A stretch of 64,000 nucleotides of DNA, taken from positions 806,001 to 870,000 of the forward strand of contig CM097885.1 of the NCBI GenBank assembly GCA_044892525.1. The letters are read 5' to 3'. Positions 13,396 to 27,911 of the stretch are shown here, in pieces (within the stretch, counting starts at the first letter, position 1; every line of letters begins with the position of its first letter). Under the pieces are notes generated by a model that saw only the letters and a program-made list of their open reading frames with translations, was not told where the DNA came from and did no database searches. The stretch is from Schmidtea polychroa. Lineage: Eukaryota. The translations under genes were made by a program, and so were the position numbers.

Positions 13396-16300
13396 ATAAT
13401 TAGATTTAAAGAATAATTGTCTTTTCATTTAAAACCATTTTAGAATAATATTTTTTATCAAAGTTCTTATCTTGATTTATTTAATTTTAATTGAAAGTAA
13501 TGACGAAATAGAGCGTGTTGTCTTCAATTTTAATGAATTAATTTGAAAGATTATTTAGATAAATTTTTGTGTTTAAGGTATTCCTTAGTAATTTTTTTTT
13601 AGAGTTGATGGTTTTTGTGAATTTTTATCATTTTCATGAATTTCATGTGGATAGAATGAATATTTAAAAATTTTAAGTTAGTTCTAAGATAAATTTAATT
13701 AATTTCTTGATAATTGGATGCATTTTTATTGATTGGTTTTTTAATTTTAAATAAAAATTATTTTTAATGACAGTTAGGTTAATAATCACGTGATAGGATA
13801 TGACTTTGTAATAATATTTTTTTTCATATATTTTCTAAGAATTTCATGTAGATTTATTTAAAAATTTAAAGTTTTAATGACGATTTTATTTGAATTTCTT
13901 GATAATTTGTTAAATTTTAAATAAAAATTAATTTTTTTTAATGACTGTTAGGTTAATAATTAAGTAATTGGTTTAATTTTAGATGACTTTGTAATGCATT
14001 TGACTAAATAATTTTTTTCAATAATTTTCTAAGAATATTAACACATTGATGAACTTTTTTGAAAAAAACATAAGCTAAGAAACCAGTTAACCTTATAAAG
14101 AACTTTAAATTTACTTGATAATTTACAGAAATAATATACAAAATTTAATTTACAGAAATAATTTACAAAATAATAATACAGAAATTTATGATTAAGTTTG
14201 CTTTTATGAACAATCAATATATATCATTTCTAGTTAGGTATTTGATAGGTGAAATATTTGTAGTAAATAATAAGTTTATTATGTCTTTGTTACATAACTC
14301 GACTTTAGCGTCAAAATGTGTTTTTAAAATAAATTTTAATTTTAAAATACCGCAATGTAATATATTAATTTTTTCCTAACCTTCTTTGATTTTGATTGGT
14401 TAGAATTTGTTACTATAAACAATAATAATCTATAAACAATAATAATCTATAAACAATAATCAATCATTAGTCAAATTTAACAAATAATTAACCTTTAAAA
14501 ATGAATTCTTTAATAGAAAACGTTATGAATGTTCGAGAAAAAATTCAGGAATTTGGCAAATTTTAATTTATTTATTAATTAATTTATTAATTAATTTAGA
14601 TAATATTAATGAAGACAATTTAAAATCTTTATTTTTTCTTAAATTTTACATTTACATTATATTCTAAAAAGAGAGTTAATTATAACAATAATATTTCAAT
14701 TTGTATATTATTTTAATTAGTAATTATTCAATTTGAATAAAATATTTATTAGAAATTATTTAATTTATTATAAAATAAAACGCTGTGTTAATTTTAAATA
14801 AACTGGATATTAATTTTTTGGAAAAAATAAATAAATAAAATAGTCTAAAAGGTTAAATTATGGTCTAACATTTAAAATTTAAAAATTGAAAATTGAAAAT
14901 TAAAAACTAAACTAATCAAACTAAATCAAACGCTATAACCTTAATTCAAGAATTCACTAAAGTAGATCAGAAGATATTAATTATCAAAATGTAACAAAGA
15001 CTCTGAAATTCATCAATTTCATCTAATGACCTGGTGATATTCAATACCATTCTCAAGAATGCTAAAGTCGGGAATTCTTTGAATTTAACAATTTCATCTA
15101 ACTATCCGGCGATATTCGATCCGATTCTATAAAGTATTTATCTTTGTAGTTGAATAAAAGTTTATTGTTGATTATAGTTTATCATTAATTATTTTTTTGT
15201 TAGGGGTGTTAAAGAAAATACTTGACTGATTCATTTTTCTCAGATAAAATTTGTTCTGTAATCGGGAAATTCAAGGATGAGAATAAAGGAAATCAATATA
15301 AAGAATTGGTGTTTCGTCGTCCCAAGTGCTACTCACTCCAAGGCGAATAAACACTCTAAAAGCCAAAGGAATAAGACTTACAAATTCTAATATCACCCAT
15401 GAAGCTTATAAAAAAAGTGTATACTGATGGTGGAACAGTGAGCATCCCATTAAAAAAGAATAGGAAGTGTCAATCATCAGTTGTATACTTTCATGACAGA
15501 AAAACGAGCTCTCCAATGTTTGGACGATAAAAGGTATTGGTACAATTGTAATGAAAGCTATGCCTACGGTCACTATAAGATTCGTCACATGCATATTGCA
15601 ACTTCTATGTCTAGAAATGAATGCAAATCGAAACAAGCACTTTAACAATTAAATTTATGTGAATAATAAAATATATATTGTGAATTATTTGACTTCGTTA
15701 ATTAAAATATGTTTTATCATTTAATAATTCATTTGTCCAATTTATCTAGATAATTAGTTTTAAGTAAGAATTATTATTTATCATGAAAAACTTTGCTTTG
15801 TTTTGAAAAATTAATGCCCATTTTATTTTAAATTAACACAGCTTTATTTTATGATAATTACTAATTAAAATTTTATTCAAATTGAAATATTATTGTTACA
15901 ATTTACACTCTTGTTAGAATATATTAAATGTAAATGTAAAATAATAACAATAAAAAAAAAATAATAATAATAATAAATAAATAAAAATTAAATTAAAAAA
16001 AAATTAATTAAATAACGTAAGTAATTAAAATAAAATATTAATAAATAATTAATTAATAAAATGTAATAAATTGAAAATTAACTAAAGTAATTAATTAAAA
16101 CAAAAAACATAATAAAATAATTAATTAATAAATTTAAAAAAAAAAATTAAATAGAAGTAATTAAATAAATTTAAAAAAAAATAATAGAAATGATTCTATT
16201 GACCTATATTTGACCTGGACATTGGGATGACCTTGAAAGTGTCCTGGAGTCCTCACTATATACTACTAATTATAATCATAATTTTCTTTAATTTAACCCT

Positions 16301-18632
16301 TTATTTACTTAATTTAGCCCTTGTTTACCGAATATAGAAGTTTAAAATGTAGACCATTGATTACTTTAATTTAAAAATGTATCCCTTAATTTACATAATT
16401 TCCATCTAAAATTATTTCAAAAAAATTTTTTTTCTAAAATTGTCATTGAAAAATATTTCATAAAAGTTTTCATTTAAAATTTTCATTGAAAAATATTTCA
16501 TAAAAATTTTTTTTAAAAATTATCTTAAAGATTATTCCATAAAAATTTCCATCTAAAATTACTTAAAAAATTATTTCATAAAAATTTTCATTAAAAAATT
16601 TCAATTCTCAAACACCTTCTATTATTTTGTTAATAAATTTAAAATCTTACTTTAATTTGCTTATTACATTACTTATTTAAAAATTATTACTTTAATTTAC
16701 TTATTTAAAATATTTGACCATTGATTACTTAATTTAAAAATTTGGACTTTAATTAACTTTAATTTAATTTTTTAGAACCTTAATTTACTTTAATTTTAAA
16801 TTTTGACCCTTAATTAACTTTAATTCAAAATTTGGACATTAATTGAAAATTTTAGACCATACTTTTCCATAAAATTGTCATTGAAAAAATTTTCATTTCT
16901 CAGGCGCCGTTTAGTAGGTGGTTAGGAGCCCGCTTCAAATGCAAGCCGTTTTTTTGCTGCAACATTTGATTGCGCAATTGTTGCAACTTGTTTTTTTTTC
17001 TATTGAAAATACTAGAAAAAAAATAATCGTAGCTTACTGTACAACAAAAAAATTGCGTAATCAAAATTTGCAGCAAAAAAAAAGTTGCCGCAGACCCCCT
17101 CCCCCCCCTAAAATTATCAATTAAGGTCTAAAATTTTCAATTAAGTAATTAAGGTCCAAATTTCTCAATTACAGTAAATTATGGTTCTAAAAAATTAAAT
17201 TACAGTAAATTATGGTCCAAATTTTCAAAAACAGTAAATTATGGTATATATTTTTAAACTTAAGTAAATTAAGGTCTAAAATTTATTAACAAAATAATAG
17301 AAGGTGTTTGAGAATTGAAATTTTTTAATGAAAATTTTTATGAAATATTTTTCAATGACAATTTTAGAAAAAAAATTTTTATGAAATAATTTTAGATGGA
17401 AATTATTTAAATTAAGGGATACATTTTTAAATTAAAGTAATCAATGATCTATATTTTAAACTTCTATATTCGGTAAACAAGGACTAAATTAAGTAAATAA
17501 AGGGTTAAATTAAAGAAAATTATGATTATAATTATAATTAGATTTAAAGAATAATTACCTTTTCATTTAACACTACAGTGTTAATTCTTACCATTTTAGA
17601 ATAATATTTTTTATCAAAGTTCTTATCTTGATTTATTTAATTTTAATTGAAAGTAATGACGAAATAGAGCGTGTTGTCTTCAATTTTAATGAATTAATTT
17701 GAAAGATTATTTAGATAAATATTTGTGTTTAAGGTATTCCTTAGTAATATTTTTTTTAGAGTTGATGGTTTTTGTGAATTTTTATCATTTTCATGAATTT
17801 CATGTGGATAGAATGAATATTTAAAAATTTTAAGTTAGTTCTAAGATAAATTTAATTAATTTCTTGATAATTGGATGCATTTTTATTGATTGGTTTTTTA
17901 ATTTTAAATAAAAATTATTTTTAATGACAGTTAGGTTAATAATCACGTGATAGGATATGACTTTGTAATAATATTTTTTTTCATATATTTTCTAAGAATT
18001 TCATGTAGATTTATTTAAAAATTTAAAGTTTTAATGACGATTTTAATTGAATTTCTTGATAATTTGTTAAATTTTAAATAAAAATTAATTTTTTTTTAAT
18101 GACTGTTAGGTGAATAATTAAGTAATTGGTTTAATTTTAGATGACTTTGTAATGCATTTGACTAAATAATTTTTTTCAATAATTTTCTAAGAATATTAAC
18201 ACATTGATGAACTTTTTTAAAAAAACATAAGCTAAGAAACCAGTTAACCTTATCAAGAACTTTAAATTTACTTGATAATTTACAGAAATAATATACAAAA
18301 TTTAATTTACAGAAATAATTTACAAAATAATAATACAGAAATTTATGATTAAGTTTGCTTTTATGAACAATCAATATATATCATCTCTAGTTAGGTATTT
18401 GATAGGTGAAATATTTGTAGTAAATAATAAGTTTATTATGTCTTTGTTACATAACTCGACTTTAGCGTCAAAATGTGTTTTTAAAATAAATTTTAATTTT
18501 AAAATACCGCAATGTAATATATTAATTTTTTCCTAACCTTCCTTGATTTTGATTGGTTAGAATTTGTTCAATAATAATCTATAAACAATAATCAATCATT
18601 AGTCACATTTAACAAATAATTAACCTTTAAAA

Positions 18633-20294
18633 ATGAATTCTTTAATAGAAAACGTTATGAATGTTCGAGAAAAAATTCAGGAATTTGGTAAATTTTAATT
18701 TATTTATTAATTAATTTATTAATTAATTTAGATAATATTAATGAAGACAATTTAAAATCGAAGATTAAAGGAAATTTGAAAAGAAAAAGTAAACATAATT
18801 TTTAATTTATTAATTTAATTAATTAATAATTTAGGTAATACGAATAAAGAGAAAAAATATGTCAATGTGTCAATAAATCGAAATGAAAATTTACAATGTA
18901 AGTATTGATTACTTTTTATAATTTAAAGGAAATTTAATATAATTTTTTATTTAAGTAAATGTTAATATTTTTAATTTAGTAAATTTTTATTTTTTAGTAA
19001 ATAAAATTTGTAAAATAATAATAATTTGCAAATTTTTGCGTAAACATTTATTAAAATCTTTCATTTAAATTATATATTTTTATTAAATTTTTATTTTATA
19101 GGTATACTTTATCCAAATTATTGTTCATCGAAAAAACATGATAATAATTGCCTTTCTATAATGGAGAATTATTACACGAAAAAATATTATAATAAAACTT
19201 ATTTTATATGTCCCGTATGTAAGACTAGTGACCCTGTAACATGTAGCGTTTTTTATAATAAACATAAAAATCATTTAGATAGGTTTAATTTTAAAAAAGA
19301 TAGTTTTTTTAAAAGACCCTCAACTATAGAAAAAAATAATACAAATAAAAAAATTAAATTAGATACTTCTTCTTTTGAATCCCAGGTCGGATTAGAGGTT
19401 GAATTCAATGATGGATTGGTTGTTGAATCCCAGGTCGGATTGCCTTTTGTTGAATCCAATGATGGATTGGTTGTTGAATCCCAGGTCGGATTGCCTTTTG
19501 TTGAATCCCAGGTCGGATTGGTTGTTGAATTCAATGAAGGATTATTCACTTCCTTTGATTCTTGGGATGGATTAAATATAATACAAATAGGTGGAAATGT
19601 ATCGACAATACAAAGAGATTTAAGAGGTACCCATCAAATATTAAGTTTAAATACTAGCGACTTAAATATAAAAGAAATAATATTTCCTGAACAACTAATA
19701 ATAAAATTACGAGATATTATTAACGAATTAGGATCCGTCAAAATTCAATTCGGAATAACAATTGAATTTGAAAAAGACGGGGAAATAAAGGATAATAATA
19801 TCTCCAATTACGCAAAACCTTTAACTGCATCATTTTTTGATCAAGGCATCAAGGAACTAAATGAGAAAATAACTAATATTACAAAGTTAGGAAGCAATTG
19901 GATTATAAAAAATATAACAGAAATCCACTTCACTATAACAAAAATAAGTAGGTTAAGTAGATTAAGTGGTAGGAGTTTCATTGAAACACCTACTTATCTA
20001 AAAAATAAATATTGTTTAATTAATATAAAAAACACTGATGATTCATGTTTTTTATATAGCATTTTAGCTATTTTAAAATATGATGAAGTTAGTAGTTATG
20101 CTAGAAATAGGATATCGAGTTATAATTTATCCGACTTAGTATATAACCCGTTAGAATTACCTATGAAATTTAAAGACATTAGGAAATTTGAATCTAAAAA
20201 TTCGGGTTTAATAATTAATGTTTTTTCATATGATAATAGCAAATAATTAACTGATAATTATGTATTAAAACATCCACATTTAGATATTATACAT
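18633..20294 (+). pseudogene. Spliced 5' half of a Polinton pPolB gene (exons 18633-18687, 18732-18788, 18835-18897, 19102-), truncated
   Basis: Three phase-1 GT-AG introns join in frame to the 361-aa ORF, which contains INIKNTDDSCF. The stop at 20244-20246 is a CAA codon in the inverted copy. Confidence 0.8.
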
Positions 20295-20319
20295 CCCAAA
20301 AACGCCATCGCTCTGATAG

Positions 20320-22447
20320 ACAACTTACCCGTAAAGGCAAAGAATTCAAAGTTTTGACTGCTTTAGCTAAAGAATCATTAACAAATTCATAAGAATCAAT
20401 TCTTTTGCCTAATTGCGCAATCAAAGAAATAAATTTTTCAGTCGTTATTGGGATGCAACCTTAAGTCTAAATTTTTAATTTATTTAATCCGTATTTAAGT
20501 ATATGATGCATATCGTATCCCTTCAAGTTGTGAAATACGATAGGCAAAATTTTATTTATTTTCTTATTTTTGTTACATGTGCTACAAGCTGCACCCAAAT
20601 ATTTCCCCGTAAAATGATCGTGATCTCTAACAGGATCAACGATAGATTTCATACAAAGATAACAAACAGATGCACTAACAAATTGACGTTGTTCAATTTT
20701 CGTTAATTTAATCATAGGTTTCCTACCCATTTTATAATAAAAAGGAAGAACCTTATTTAATACTATATCCTCTATAGCACTTAAAAAACTCTCGACGCAA
20801 TCTAAACCTATGAACTGTTGATAAGATTTAGATACGTCAAAGTTATTTACAAGTAAAAGACCAGCAGATATTGTCATGTGTCGTTGGAAATGAACATTAT
20901 CAGAAGGTAAAATAGCCTCAAAATCGGCATCAACTACAAAAGGAGGAGTTACTGTTTTCGACCAGTCAGTAAACTGCAATAATTTATTTTGAGGGAAAGT
21001 GTAAAGAGTTGTTCCTAATTGATTACGTTTACATAATATTTCATGTTTTTCCAGTGCGTGTTTGTACCTAAACATATTCAAACACCGATGGCACCATAAT
21101 GAAGGTATGCGTGTAGGACAACTAGTGTTGATACCACAATTCAGTAACCTTTTTAAATTACTTATAGCAACGTAATGGAAATTGTTTCCTTTATTTAAAA
21201 GTAGTAAATTAATTACAGTTCCATTTAAAACTTTGGAACGATGTATAATATCTAAATGTGGATGTTTTAATACATAATTATCAGTTAATTGTTTGCTATT
21301 ATCATATGAAAAAACATTAATTATTAAACCCGAATTTTTAGATTCAAATTTCCTAATGTCTTTTAATTTCATAGGTAATTCTAACGGGTCGTATACTAAG
21401 TGAGATAAATTATAACTCGATGTCCTATTTCTAGCATAACTACTAACTTCATCATATTTTAAAATAGCTAAAATGCTATATAAAAAACATGAATCATCAG
21501 TGTTTTTTATATTAATTAAACGATATTTATTTTTTAGATAAGTAGGTGTTTCAATGAAACTCCTACCACTTAATCTACTTAACCTACTTATTTTTGTTAT
21601 GGTGAAATGTATTTCAGTAATATTTTTATATTCCAACTGCTTCCTAACTCAGTAATATTAGTAATTTTCTCATTTAATTCTTTAATGCCTTCATCAAAAA
21701 ATGATGCAGTTAAAGGCTTTGCATAATTTGAGATATTATTAACCTTTATTTCCCCGTCTTTTTCAAATTCGATTGTTATTCCGAATTGAATTTTGACGGA
21801 GCCTTATTCGTTAATAATATCTCGTAATTTTATTATTAGTTGTTCAGGATATATTACTTCTTTTATATTTAAGTCGCTGTATTTAAGCTTAATATTTGAT
21901 GGGTACCCCTTAAATCTCTTTGTGCTGTCGGTACATTTCCACCTATTTGTATTATATTTAATCCATCCCAAGAATCAAAGGAAGTGAATAATCCATCATT
22001 GGATTCAACAACCAATCCGACCTGGGATTCAACAAAAGGCAATCCGACCTGGGATTCAACAACCAATCCATCATTGGATTCAACAAAAGGCAATCCGACC
22101 TGGGATTCAACAAAAGACAGTCCGTCCTGGAATTCAACCTCTAATCTGACCTGGGATTCAAAAGAAGAAGTATCTAATTTAATTTTTTTATTTGTATTAT
22201 TTTTTTCTATAGTTGAGGGTCTTTTAAAAACACTATCTTTTTTAAAATTAAACCTATCTAAATGATTTTTATGTTTATTATAAAAACGCTATATGTTACA
22301 GGGTCACTAGTCTTACATACGGGACATATAAAATAAGTTTTATTATAATATTTTTTCGTGTAATAATTCTCCATTATAGAATGGCAATTATTATCATGTT
22401 CTTTCGATGAACAATAATTTGGATAAAGTATACCTATAAAATAAAAA
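20320..22447 (-). pseudogene. pPolB fragment (N-terminus to exonuclease II), frameshifted
   Basis: ORFs 21869-22093 and 20467-21636 with VDADFE, DHDHFTG and HNLKGYD. Confidence 0.9.
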
Positions 22448-22448
22448 T

Positions 22449-24010
22449 TTAAATAACGTCATCGATATCGATATCATATTCTCCAAAATCTTCTCCAACA
22501 TCTTCAATAAATTCTTCCTTATCTTCTCCAACATTTTCATCAAATTCATCTCCAATAATTTCTCCAACATTTTCTCCAATATTTAATTCACTTAATCTTA
22601 CATGCCTATATGCAAGACTAGTATTTTTCCCCACCCAAACCCTTTTGTCATCTTTGTTAGTTAGTGCTATTTTATTATTTTTAATTGTAAAAATTTGATG
22701 ATTTTTGTTTGTTAATTTTGTTTGAGGAATCGAAAAAATTTGATTAGTTTTATAACAATCCAGGTATGACTGATGTTTTATGTCACTACCTTTCAATGTT
22801 ACACCTTTAGCCTTTTTTGTTTCTTCATCACCCAACAAGCTATAACACTTGGCTCTAAGAAAAACCCATTCCTTATATTTAAGACCTTTATTCTCGTCTT
22901 TGAACTATCCAATGACAGAATCAAGGTTCTTACTATATAAGGAATAACAACTTTTGTAATCGAAGTATGTAAAAAAATTTTTTCGAATCATTGCAGGTAA
23001 AAGAACCTCAAGTTTACAGTTAATGACTTCGAGGAAAAAAGAGTCTGTATCACCTGCAACGATATTAATTTTATTAACAAATTGATAAAAATCAATGAAT
23101 CTTAAGCTTATTTTGCCTAAATGCGCAATCAAAGAAATAAATTTTTCAGTCGTGATTGGGATGCAACCTAAAGTCCAATTTTTAAATTTGTTTAAACCAT
23201 ATTTAAGAATATGGTGCATATCGTATCTCTTCAAGTTGTGAAATACGATAGGCAAAATTTTATTTATTTTCCTATTTATGTTGCATGGGCTACAAGCTGC
23301 ACCCAAGTATTTCCCAGTAAAATGATCGTGATCTCTAACAGGATCGACGATACATTTCAAACAAAGGTAACAAACAGATGCACTAACAAATTGACGTTGT
23401 TCAATTTTTGTTAATTTCATCATAGGTTTGCTACCCATTTTATAATAAAAAGGATGAACCTTATTTAATGCTATATCCTCTATAGCACTTAAAAAACTCT
23501 CGACGCAATCTAAACCTATGAACTGTTGATAAGATTTAGATACGTCAAAGTTATTTACAAGTAAAAGACCAGCAGATATTGTCATGTGTCGTTGGAAATG
23601 AACATTATCAGAAGGTAAAATAGCCTCAAAATCGGCATCAACTACAAAAGGAGGAGTTACTGTTTTCGACCAGTCAGTAAACTGCAATAATTTATTTTGA
23701 GGGAAAGTGTAAAGAGTTGTTCCTAATTGATTACGTTTACATAATATTTCATGTTTTTCCAGTGCGTGTTTGTACCTAAACATATTCAAACACCGATGGC
23801 ACCATAATGAACGTATGCGTGTAGGACAACTAGTGTTGATACCACAATTCAGTAACCTATTTAAATTACTTATAGCAACGTAATGGAAATTGTTTCCTTT
23901 ATTTAAAAGTAGTAAATTAATTACAGTTCCATTTAAAACTGTTTTCGACCAGTCAGTAAACTGTAATAATTTATTTTGAGGGAAGGTGTAAAGAGTTGTT
24001 CCTAACTGAT
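22449..24010 (-). pseudogene. pPolB fragment with a large internal deletion and an acidic repeat C-terminal tail
   Basis: FIDFYQFVN is fused directly to KINIVAGDTDS. KKAKGV and DDKRVW are followed by GENVGE repeats. Confidence 0.9.
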
Positions 24011-27000
24011 TTTTTATGTGTTTAGTAATTGGAGATATTATTAACCTTAAATTACAATCTAAAATTTAATAAAAACTTTTAGTAAATTTATTAAATTAAA
24101 ACTTTAATTAGCATGCATCTAATCAAAATGAAAATATTTAATTATCTAAATTTAAAAAATGTCTAATATAAATAGAAAATAGTATATCTGTTATTGGTAT
24201 GACATGTTAACCTCCTGTTCATTACCTTCAATATAATATGTAATATTTGAAATATCCTATTACTTATTCTTTTAAGGTATTTATATTTCATTATCTATAT
24301 TATTGATTTTTGGTAGGAACAAGTTAATTTAAAAGTCTATCAATTCAGTATTCAAATTGATATTATTTGGGATGAAAATAGAAAATATCTTGGAGAAATT
24401 CTTCGATTAATTAATAAAGACAAGTATTTTAACTAAAAACTTTCATTTATCAACTGCGAAAAAGATTGTAAAATTAAGATAGTTGAAGGTAAAAAATCTA
24501 AAATTCAGATACTTATTCAAGGACTCAAGATAAATGGAGTTATAAATAAACCAATTTGGAAAATTAAAAATGTCTATGAATAAATTTATGAATAAAATTT
24601 GAGTTTTTTATTGTTATTTAAAATATATTTTAAAGAAATCTATAATTTGGTTTATAAAATTATTAGTTGTCTGTAAAGTTAATATTTGACTATAAAATTA
24701 AGATTTTTAATTTGTCTATAAAAGTTTAATGTGGACAATATATAATTAAAATACTCTAAAATTATCATAATAATTAATAAAATGGAATAAAAAAAATTTT
24801 GCATAGGATATGCTCTTATAAAAAATTTTATCAATTCAAAAATATATGTAGCATAAGATAAATCATTTAAAAAAATTTAAATAAATTATAATATATAAAA
24901 AAATCCAATTAAAATATTTATAATTCAAAAATATATAGCATAAAATAAATCATTTAAAAAAAATGAATTAAAATTCAAAAAAATATATACATTTGTTTTC
25001 ATCTTTTTCTTTCTTGTTTTTCTTGTGTTCATTTTTTTCATGAAAATTTTCTGTCAAAGTTTCATGAATATTTTAAGCTATATTTATCTAAAAAAAATTT
25101 TAAATTTAATTCTTTAACAAAAAGATTATATATTTACCATCGTTATGAAAGAGCTTTATTTCGCCAAAAATCCAGAACATATGAAAAATTAATGAATAAA
25201 CAACAATAAAATACAAGGTACATGATATAAATCTTTATTTATAGTAAACGACAACGTCTAACTAAATGATCATAAGCAGATAAGCACGGAATACAGTTAA
25301 AGTAGTCGAATTCGTGGATTCGATAATGGTTCGACTTCCCAGAAACTACTACTATTCGCATCGGCAAAGAGAGTGTCCAGAAACCCTTTCTCCCAGCGTG
25401 TTCCTGCCACTGGGATTACCCGATATTTGCTAGACTTTTCATAGAGTTGCATAGGTTTCACGAAAGTATAGCATGAAGTGTACCACAGAGATGAATAGGG
25501 TTGTATAGTTTTTATTTAAAAAATAGATTAAATGAATGAAATTGAAAGGAAATGAAAAGTTTAATTAAAAAGGAAATTAAACAAAAACTAAGGTTGGTGG
25601 ATTTTAAAGATGAAGCAAATCAAGTATGGAGAAAAGTATTATGTAGTGTCCACATAATAATAATCAAGTTTTTTTTACATTTATTAAATGGAAGAGTCGT
25701 TTGGATTTGCAGTAAAATATAATAACGTTGACCCAAACATATTGATAAAAACAGCCGAACTTAAAAACCTAAATGAATTTCAACAAGTAAAAACTGCATC
25801 TCCTAATAGGAATATGTACAAGCACCCTTAAAAGACTTAAATTAGATCCTAATTGTTCTAGTTTTTATAGATATGACATTCCATTAGAATAGTATATAGT
25901 GAGGACTCCAGTGCACTTTCAAGGTCATGGAATATCAAGATCAAATATAGACCAATCGAATCATTTATTTTTTAAATTAACATTTTATTTAATTACTTCT
26001 TTTTAAATTTTTTCTTTTTAATTTTATTAATTAATTATTTTATTATGTTTTATTTTAATTTATTACATTTAATTAAATTATTAGTTTATTAATATTTTAT
26101 TTTAATTACTTACGCTATTTAATTATTATTATTATTATTATTTTTAAATAATTTATTTATTTTTTAATTTAAATTTTATTTAATTACTTCTATTTAATTT
26201 TTTTTCTTTTAAATTTTCTTAAATAATTATTTTATTATGTTTTTATTTTAGTATTATTTAATTTATTTATTTATTATTATTATTATTATTTTTTTTTAAT
26301 TATACATTTACATTATATTCTAACAAGAGGTAAATTATAACAATAATATTTCAATTTCTAATTAAAATTTTATTCAAATTGAATAATTACTAATTAAAAT
26401 TTTATTCAAATTAAAATATTATTGTTATAATTTAACTTTTGTTAGAATATAATGTAAATGTAAAATTTAAAAAAAATAATAATTTTAAAAAATAAAAGGT
26501 CAAGGTCAAGGTCAATGTCAAGGTCAAGGTCAAGGTCATTTTTTTTAAATAAGTGATCCTGAGGGCCCATACTTTTTTTCATCCCAAAGATTTATGTTCC
26601 CGCCAACAGATTTTATTGATCGATAGCTCATCGTAAAGCCCAGTGCAAGACCTTTAAGTTGAATTAAAGATTCCTATCATCCGATGACTCATCATATTTT
26701 TAGAACAAAGACAATGACTCATTAAGGTAATTCTATTTTTAGTAATAAAGACATCCATTTTTAGTAACATTTGAATCTATTTTTAGTAACATTTTTGAAC
26801 AAAGACAATGATTTAACCGAGGACTCATCGTTTTTAGAACAATGAATCAGCCGGTGACTAATCAGATTTTAAGAACGATGACTCATTCGATGACTCATCA
26901 AAATTTTAGAACAAAGACAAAGGCTCACCCAATGACTCATCACATTTTTAGAACGATGACTCTTCATAGTTTTAGAACGATGATTCATACGGTGACTCAT

Positions 27001-27233
27001 CATATTTTAAGAACAAATAAAATGACTCATCATTATTTTAGAACGGTTACTCATTCGATGACTCGTCAAGGTCATTCTATTTTAAGTAACAAAAACATCA
27101 TTTTTAGAAACATTTCGATCCGATGTTTAATTATCGATAATAATTTAATTTATCATTATTATTTGGAAAGATATTAACCCCCGCGTGGAAGATGTTATTT
27201 TCAAAATTATTATTATTATTTTCAAAGTTCTAT

Positions 27234-27301
<68 letters not shown>

Positions 27302-27778
27302 TGCAATTATTCATAAAACTTAATTTCTACATCAATTTCATGATTTTCAACATTTTCATCATTTGCATGAATATTTTAATAATTTTCAATATTTTTCAAT
27401 ATTTATTTACTATTATTATTATTTTAAATTATTATTTTTACAGTTATTTTGAAAGTTTTTCATCTTATTATTATTAATATTTTCAAAGTTATTTTCAAAG
27501 AATTATTATTATTATTTGCAAAGTTCTAATTATTATTTTTTTTAGAAGTTTCATTATTATTATTTACTTACATATTCATAAAACTTAATTTCTACGTCAA
27601 TTTCATGATTCTCAACTATTTCATCATTTGCATTTTTTAATAATTATCAATATTTTCATAATTTTCTACATTTTCAATATTTTCACGATTTTCATGATTT
27701 TCAACATTTTCATGATTATTTCAGGAACTTTTTCATCAAATATTGTTCAAAGTATTATTTTCAAAGTTTTAATCAATA

Positions 27779-27819
<41 letters not shown>

Positions 27820-27866
27820 GAAAAACCTAAAATATTTTTTACACATACATACACAAATCATTAAAC

Positions 27867-27911
<45 letters not shown>

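Larger units (their letters stand above)
9985..18759 (+). repeat. Internal direct tandem duplication (unit A ~9985-14627, unit B 14628-18759)
   Basis: Both units start TTATTTTTTCTTAAATTTTACATTTAC and end GAAGACAATTTAAAATC. Paired ORFs at 10713/15406 and 14188/18345. Confidence 0.9.

Noticed and set aside
19271..19549. NPTWDST repeat ORFs (also 21984-22265 and duplicates)
   Set aside because: Antisense shadows of the pPolB ESQVGL repeats.
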